DNA of 17,443 nt from a virus (Duplodnaviria > Heunggongvirae > Uroviricota > Caudoviricetes), in the IMG/VR virus record IMGVR_UViG_2671181033_000009; one strand, given 5' to 3'. How positions within the stretch are numbered: the stretch's first letter is position 1; every line of letters begins with the position of its first letter. This document shows positions 12,558 through 17,443 of this stretch, one piece after another. Both the position numbers and the translations under genes were made by a program. The notes under the pieces are model-generated. The model was not told the origin of the DNA, searched no databases, and saw nothing but the letters and a program-made list of their open reading frames with translations.

Positions 12558-13274
12558 TCAGTTTGCCAGCGCCGCCTTCTGCGTCGCTACAATGGATTCG
12601 ATTCCCCCTCGGGCCAGAGCCAACAAGGTGAGTAATTCTTCGTGGGTGAACGGTTCGCCTTCTGCCGTCCCCTGCACTTCAATGATGCGCCCGTCTTCGG
12701 TCATCACTACGTTCATGTCGGTCTCTGCGGCTGAGTCTTCAACGTATTCCAGATCGCAAATTGCTTCACCGTTTACAATACCGACAGAAACTGCGGCTAC
12801 CATCCCTTTCATCGGGTTGGTTTTCAGCTTGCCGTTTTCCACCAGCTTCTGTAGCGCATCTGCCAGCGCCACGCAGGCACCCGTAATCGACGCGGTACGC
12901 GTGCCACCATCAGCCTGAAGCACGTCGCAGTCCAGCGTAATGGTGAACTCACCCAGCGCTTTCAAATCTACTGCCGCGCGAAGAGCACGGGCGATCAGAC
13001 GCTGGATTTCCATTGTGCGTCCACCCTGCTTACCTTTCGCCGCTTCACGAGCGTTACGGGTGTGGGTAGAACGTGGCAGCATGCCGTACTCTGCGGTGAT
13101 CCAGCCCTGGCCCTGACCTTTCAGGAAGCGCGGCACGCCTTCTTCAATAGAGGCGGTACACAACACTTTGGTATCGCCAAATTCGACCAGCACCGAGCCT
13201 TCTGCATGTTTTGTATAGTTACGAGTCAGGGTAACGGGACGCACCTGATTATTGCTACGGCCTGCTGGACGCAT
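12558..13274 (-). CDS. rph: Ribonuclease PH (full-length)
   Basis: ATG 13274 gives 238 aa beginning [26 protein letters not shown], with an SD-like GGAG upstream. The reading frame is uninterrupted to the normal C-terminus. Confidence 0.95.
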   Translation of the reverse strand: MRPAGRSNNQVRPVTLTRNYTKHAEGSVLVEFGDTKVLCTASIEEGVPRFLKGQGQGWITAEYGMLPRSTHTRNAREAAKGKQGGRTMEIQRLIARALRAAVDLKALGEFTITLDCDVLQADGGTRTASITGACVALADALQKLVENGKLKTNPMKGMVAAVSVGIVNGEAICDLEYVEDSAAETDMNVVMTEDGRIIEVQGTAEGEPFTHEELLTLLALARGGIESIVATQKAALAN

Positions 13275-13400
13275 ATTGAAATCTCCGGCTTGAAACAAAT
13301 GTGGCTGCGCATTATACGGACTTCCGGCGGTTATTCCTATCCTGACAAGGCATCGATGGCTATAATCCTTCCACCTCTCCTTTTATAAACAGGAACGTCT

Positions 13401-14264
13401 ATGATCCGCAGTATGACCGCCTACGCCCGGCGTGAAATCAAGGGTGAATGGGGGAGCGCAACCTGGGAAATGCGCTCGGTAAACCAGCGTTATCTGGAAA
13501 CTTACTTTCGTCTGCCGGAGCAGTTCCGTAGCCTTGAACCTGTCGTTCGCGAGCGTATTCGTTCTCGCCTGACGCGCGGTAAAGTGGAATGTACCCTGCG
13601 CTATGAGCCAGATGTTAGCGCACAAGGTGAGCTAATCCTCAATGAAAAACTGGCTAAACAGCTGGTAACTGCCGCGAACTGGGTAAAAATGCAGAGTGAC
13701 GAAGGGGAAATCAACCCGGTTGATATTCTGCGCTGGCCGGGCGTGATGGCAGCCCAGGAGCAGGATCTCGACGCCATTGCCGCTGAAATTCTCGCGGCGC
13801 TGGATGGTACGCTGGACGACTTTATTGTCGCGCGCGAAACCGAAGGTCAGGCACTGAAAGCATTGATCGAGCAGCGTCTGGAAGGCGTCACCGCCGAAGT
13901 GGTCAAAGTCCGCGCCCATATGCCGGAAATCCTGCAATGGCAGCGTGAGCGTCTGGTCGCGAAGCTGGAAGATGCTCAGGTTCAGTTGGAAAACAACCGT
14001 CTGGAGCAGGAGTTGGTTCTGCTGGCACAACGAATTGACGTTGCCGAAGAACTGGACCGCCTGGAAGCGCATGTCAAAGAGACCTACAACATTCTGAAGA
14101 AAAAAGAAGCCGTTGGTCGTCGTCTGGACTTTATGATGCAGGAATTCAACCGCGAGTCGAACACTCTTGCGTCGAAATCTATCAATGCCGAAGTGACAAA
14201 CTCCGCCATCGAGCTGAAAGTGTTGATTGAGCAGATGCGCGAGCAGATTCAAAATGTGGAGTAA
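13401..14264 (+). CDS. yicC: YicC-family stress-induced protein (UPF0701)
   Basis: 287-aa ORF MIRSMTAYARREIKGEWGSATWEMRSVNQRYLE..., divergent from rph. Confidence 0.93.
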   Translation: MIRSMTAYARREIKGEWGSATWEMRSVNQRYLETYFRLPEQFRSLEPVVRERIRSRLTRGKVECTLRYEPDVSAQGELILNEKLAKQLVTAANWVKMQSDEGEINPVDILRWPGVMAAQEQDLDAIAAEILAALDGTLDDFIVARETEGQALKALIEQRLEGVTAEVVKVRAHMPEILQWQRERLVAKLEDAQVQLENNRLEQELVLLAQRIDVAEELDRLEAHVKETYNILKKKEAVGRRLDFMMQEFNRESNTLASKSINAEVTNSAIELKVLIEQMREQIQNVE

Positions 14265-14302
14265 GCTATCAGAGGAAATCAATAAAGCGCAATAATCCAA
14301 TC

Positions 14303-14328
14303 AAACCCGCGATAATGCGGGTTTTTTT
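14303..14328 (+). terminator. Rho-independent terminator of yicC
   Basis: AAACCCGC-GATAAT-GCGGGTTTTTTT: a GC stem followed by a 7-T tract, 39 nt after the yicC stop. Confidence 0.75.
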
Positions 14329-14373
14329 GTAATTAATGGCTATCACAACGACGCAAGAAAGCGCATGATTAGC

Positions 14374-14425
14374 GTGTACCCAAAGGTGTACCCAATTGCA
14401 TTTTGGAACATCTGTTTGGGTACAC
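14374..14425. repeat. Three copies of GTGTACCC (two direct, one inverted) upstream of the integrase gene; candidate integrase arm-type or operator sites
   Basis: GTGTACCC at 14374..14381 and 14386..14393, and its reverse complement GGGTACAC at 14418..14425, within 80 bp upstream of the integrase ATG. Confidence 0.4.
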
Positions 14426-14454
14426 CCCCCTATTCAATGTTCAGGAGTTTCTTA

Positions 14455-15717
14455 ATGCCAAAGCTCACAGATATTCAGATCAGGGCATGGATAAAATCAG
14501 GTGAACGATTCGAAGGACGGTCAGATGGCGATGGCTTATACCTTCGTTACCGGAAAGAAGACCAGATACCAACATGGCGATTCCGCTACAAATTCGCAGG
14601 AAAAGCACGGGCAATGGTCATTGGCTCCTATGCTGATTACTCGCTATCAAAAGCCAGAGAAACAGCAAAGGAACTATCCGCTCGCGTCGCACTTGGGTAC
14701 GACGTAGCAGCAGAGAAACAGGAGCGTAAGGCCGAAGCCCTGGCAAAAATTGAGGCAGAAAAAAAGGCCGTGCGCGTATCAGAGCTTGCTGCCGAATATT
14801 TCGAACGTCAGATACTGCCACGATGGAAACATCCCGACATCCTGCGCCGTCGCATCGACAAAGACATAAACCCGCGTATTGGTCATATGAAGGTTGAGGA
14901 CGTAAAACCACGACACATTGACGAGATGCTAAAGGCAATTGTTGACCGTGGAGCGCCAACCATTGCAACGGACGTTCTGCGATGGACGCGCCGCATATTC
15001 GACTACGGGATAAAACGTCATGTGCTGGAGATTAACCCGTGCTCGGCGTTTGAAGTCTCTGATGCTGGTGGCAAGGAGTCATCCCGCGATCGCTGGCTGA
15101 CCCGTGAAGAGTTAATCCGGTTCTTTCAGGCCATGCGTACCGCAAAGGGATTCAGCCGACAGAACGAGCTAACCTTCAAGTTGCTACTGGCGCTTTGCGT
15201 CAGGAAGATGGAGTTGTGCGCCGCCAGATGGGAAGAGTTCGACCTTGATAACGCCGTGTGGCATTTGCCAGAGGAACGCAGCAAAAACGGCGACCCCATA
15301 GATATTCCACTTGTTCCCCCCGTTATTGAATGGCTGAAAGAACTGCGCGTCTTGTCATGCAATAGCGCGTGGGTACTTCCGGCGCGGAAAATGCAGCACA
15401 GGATGATCCCCCACATTCAGGAGAGCACCCTACCCGTTGCACTGCAAAAAGTTCGCGCAGAGATGTCGGAGGTTCCAGATTTCACTATTCACGACTTCCG
15501 CCGTACAGCACGCACACATTTAGCCGCGCTTGGTGTTGATCCGGTAGTCGCTGAAAGATGCCTCAATCACCGCATCAAGGGAGTCGAGGGCATATACAAT
15601 CGCTATCAGTATTTCGATGAACGGACTTCGGCGCTGGCGAAATGGACCAATCTGTTAGTGTCGCTGGAACGCGGGGAACGCTACAACGTGACACCAATCA
15701 GAAGGGCCAAAGCATGA
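14455..15717 (+). CDS. int: Tyrosine-type site-specific integrase (P4/CP4-57-like, with N-terminal arm-binding domain)
   Basis: ATG 14455 with AGGAG 7 nt upstream gives 420 aa. N-terminus MPKLTDIQIRAW...GDGLYLRYRKEDQIPTWRFRYKFAGK is typical of the arm-binding domain; C-terminal HDFRRT (HxxR) and YNRYQY supply the catalytic residues. The ORF-track start at 14365 is an unlikely extension. Confidence 0.9.
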   Translation: MPKLTDIQIRAWIKSGERFEGRSDGDGLYLRYRKEDQIPTWRFRYKFAGKARAMVIGSYADYSLSKARETAKELSARVALGYDVAAEKQERKAEALAKIEAEKKAVRVSELAAEYFERQILPRWKHPDILRRRIDKDINPRIGHMKVEDVKPRHIDEMLKAIVDRGAPTIATDVLRWTRRIFDYGIKRHVLEINPCSAFEVSDAGGKESSRDRWLTREELIRFFQAMRTAKGFSRQNELTFKLLLALCVRKMELCAARWEEFDLDNAVWHLPEERSKNGDPIDIPLVPPVIEWLKELRVLSCNSAWVLPARKMQHRMIPHIQESTLPVALQKVRAEMSEVPDFTIHDFRRTARTHLAALGVDPVVAERCLNHRIKGVEGIYNRYQYFDERTSALAKWTNLLVSLERGERYNVTPIRRAKA

Positions 15718-16364
15718 TTAATATCCTGAAAAAATCGCCAATAGAACGCCTGTGCGCTTCTGTTTCAATCACTCCGCACGAAATGGCCCTTGCACTGGCT
15801 GGCCTTAATCCGTCAATGAGAATAGGCGACGTGCCGCAGGACAAGTTCGAACAGGTCGAATCAGCCAGAACGATGATAGCCCGTGCTATCTGGTTGCATA
15901 GCGGCAGGAAAGCGGGAAAGGATGAGCCATACAGAGCGGGGGATATATTCCTTGCGTCCTTCCCGTTCATTGAGGCAGGAACGCCAGAGGCAATAATTAC
16001 GGCGGTAACTGATGCCATTGATGATTTACGAGGAACAAAAAATTGGGAAGAAAAAGCACTTAATCTTGGTGGGCGGCGGCTGGTCAGCCACATCAAAGAA
16101 ACAAGCCGCAGCGGAAGGGGGCAGTACAGGAAACTCGACGAAGAACAGGGAAACATGAAGATGATGGGGTTGCTGGTTTTACTGCTCGTGAAGAAATCAG
16201 GCACAACCGCATACATTCAGGACGGAGAACCAAACCGTTCAGCCATTTACCGCGACGTGGAAGCGCTGATGAAGGAGAAAGGGATATCGCCAAAAGGGAT
16301 CGCCAAATCCACGTTTATGCAAAAAATATCAGCCGCATTACTGGCAGTAAGCCAGGCAGATTAA
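15714..16364 (+). CDS. Hypothetical protein of unknown function (island cargo, 216 aa)
   Basis: ATG 15714 overlaps the integrase stop (ATGA) with GAAGGG 8 nt upstream. Composition is protein-like, whereas the antisense ORF is S/P/C-rich. I recognise no motif or family. Confidence 0.6.
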   Translation: MINILKKSPIERLCASVSITPHEMALALAGLNPSMRIGDVPQDKFEQVESARTMIARAIWLHSGRKAGKDEPYRAGDIFLASFPFIEAGTPEAIITAVTDAIDDLRGTKNWEEKALNLGGRRLVSHIKETSRSGRGQYRKLDEEQGNMKMMGLLVLLLVKKSGTTAYIQDGEPNRSAIYRDVEALMKEKGISPKGIAKSTFMQKISAALLAVSQAD

Positions 16365-16750
16365 CCAGCCAACACGCCCTGTATTCACGGGGCTGTAATC
16401 CCCATACATCCCCCACCAGCAAAATTTACTCACCGTTCTTAATCGTTATAAATCGGTATAAACAGGATTAGCACGTTAAAGACTGGCAAAAGATGGCAAA
16501 ACATAACAACGCATAACGGCGCAGTAGGAGTATTACGGTATCAGAACGTATACGGCTTCAATGACTTATCACCAATAAAGCAAAAACTTTCAAAGTTTTA
16601 GCACTCCATCCCGCCTGTTCAATCTTTTACTGGAAGTGTGTTTTTTCAATAGATTTTCGGAACGTTTTAATAGATTCCAGATTTGGTGGAATGCTGTACA
16701 AACAACCAATAGAATGGAGAAAACATCAACTTTTAACCCATGAGGGAATC

Positions 16751-16966
16751 ATGACAGCTAACCATCAAGAAGCTATCCCTACCACGGGCTATATCCGCCG
16801 CTGCAACCTGGCTAAGTTGCTTGATACCAGCGTGTCAACTATCGACCGCTGGGTGCGTATCGGCAAATTACCGAAGCCCACGAAGCTGGGGGAGAAAAAC
16901 ACCGTATTTAATGCGGTGGAGATCAACCACTGGCTGAACGAGCGCCGCAACAACACCAAGCAGTAA
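16751..16966 (+). CDS. alpA: AlpA-family phage/island transcriptional regulator (excisionase-like HTH)
   Basis: ATG 16751 with GAGGGA 5 nt upstream gives 72 aa. The architecture (LAKLLDTSVSTIDRWV ... VFNAVEINHWLNERR) resembles AlpA/TorI-type small DNA-binding proteins. Confidence 0.8.
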   Translation: MTANHQEAIPTTGYIRRCNLAKLLDTSVSTIDRWVRIGKLPKPTKLGEKNTVFNAVEINHWLNERRNNTKQ

Positions 16967-17033
16967 TCAGCATGACGGGCGTACAGTTCCGCGCCCGTCA
17001 GCACCAAACCTGATTCTACAGCAGGAGTTTTTA

Positions 17034-17411
17034 ATGAAACGTCCGAATATGCCCGTACAGGGGCAGGGCTTCGTTCAGCCTGAAATCAGCCAGAACGATA
17101 TATTGATTCGCCACAAAGCGGAGTCGCGTATTGATTCCCGCGTTATTTCTGAGCGAGCAGGAATACAACACGAAAGTATCATTGCGACGATTAAATCTCA
17201 TCAATCCAGATTGCGCGAGCTTGGCTCACTGCCTCGCCAGTCAGTCAAGGAATTAACCTATTTGAAATCGGGAAAACCTGGCCGCAAGCGCGGTCGTCCT
17301 GAAATTAGTTATTTGCTGAATGAGCTACAGCTTGACTATCTGTTACGCGTTATCCGTGGGCGTGACGCAGAACGTATCAACCTGAACCGCCCCGGAAATC
17401 CTGGAGACTAA
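17034..17411 (+). CDS. Hypothetical island protein, possibly phage regulatory Rha-like
   Basis: 125-aa ORF with AGGAG 8 nt upstream of the ATG. The segment DSRVISERAGIQHESIIATIKSH resembles the N-terminal motif of Rha-like phage regulators, but the assignment is weak. Confidence 0.55.
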   Translation: MKRPNMPVQGQGFVQPEISQNDILIRHKAESRIDSRVISERAGIQHESIIATIKSHQSRLRELGSLPRQSVKELTYLKSGKPGRKRGRPEISYLLNELQLDYLLRVIRGRDAERINLNRPGNPGD

Positions 17412-17443
17412 ACTCCCTGAGAAAGAGGTAAACAGGATGACTA

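Larger units (their letters stand above)
14329..17443 (+). mobile_element. Left end of an integrase-associated genomic island or integrative element (integrase, unknown cargo, AlpA-like regulator, Rha-like protein); right end is outside the window
   Basis: A P4/CP4-57-type integrase gene begins right after the yicC terminator and is followed by regulators typical of integrative elements. The exact left boundary and att core cannot be fixed without the right junction or an island-free reference. Confidence 0.7.

Noticed and set aside
13632-14300. 222-aa minus-strand ORF antisense to yicC
   Set aside because: It overlaps the conserved yicC frame almost completely and has an L/F/Q-rich composition typical of the mirror frame of a coding gene.
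14365-14454. Upstream ATG extension of the integrase ORF (MISVYPKVYPIAFWNICLG...)
   Set aside because: The extension covers the GTGTACCC repeat region and has no RBS, whereas the ATG at 14455 has a strong AGGAG and gives the canonical integrase N-terminus. Comparable ORF-track extensions were rejected for coaD (6381), coaBC (9383), slmA (11176), mutM (7903), pyrE (12507), rph (13298), waaP (2688) and alpA (16691).
14265-14454. Possible tRNA or tmRNA integration target at the island junction
   Set aside because: I looked for cloverleaf-like acceptor and T-arm sequences (a GTTC-type T-loop followed by a 3' stem or CCA) and found none. Only the yicC terminator and the 8-mer repeats are present. 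A covariance-model search would be needed to confirm.
15698-16216. 172-aa minus-strand ORF overlapping the island cargo gene
   Set aside because: Its S/P/C-rich composition looks like antisense noise. The plus-strand frame has a plausible RBS, is coupled to the integrase and has a balanced composition, so the plus-strand gene is preferred.
17437-17443. Start of a further plus-strand gene at the 3' window edge
   Set aside because: The ATG with an upstream GAGAAAGAGG is plausible, but only 7 nt of it are in the window. That is too little to report as a feature, so it is mentioned only in the findings.

Overview
The window reads as an Escherichia coli-type chromosomal backbone followed by the left end of an integrase-led genomic island. 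Backbone (1..14328): the 5' part of the LPS core operon on the minus strand (waaQ-waaG-waaP, one GT8 glycosyltransferase, waaY, and the start of a further gene), with an intact JUMPstart/ops element in the waaQ leader; then waaA-coaD (+), mutM-rpmG-rpmB-radC (-), coaBC-dut-slmA (+), pyrE-rph (-) with the pyrE attenuator, and yicC (+) with its terminator. Island (about 14330 to the window end): a P4/CP4-57-type tyrosine integrase, a 216-aa protein of unknown function whose start overlaps the integrase stop, a 386-bp repeat-containing intergenic region, an AlpA-family regulator, a 125-aa Rha-like protein and the first codons of a further gene at the 3' edge. No tRNA, rRNA, CRISPR array or IS element was seen. 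The only candidate for an undescribed system is the island cargo, chiefly the 216-aa protein. I could not assign it a function by eye, and the island continues past the window. All gene identities rest on recognising protein sequences and synteny from memory; no searches were run.
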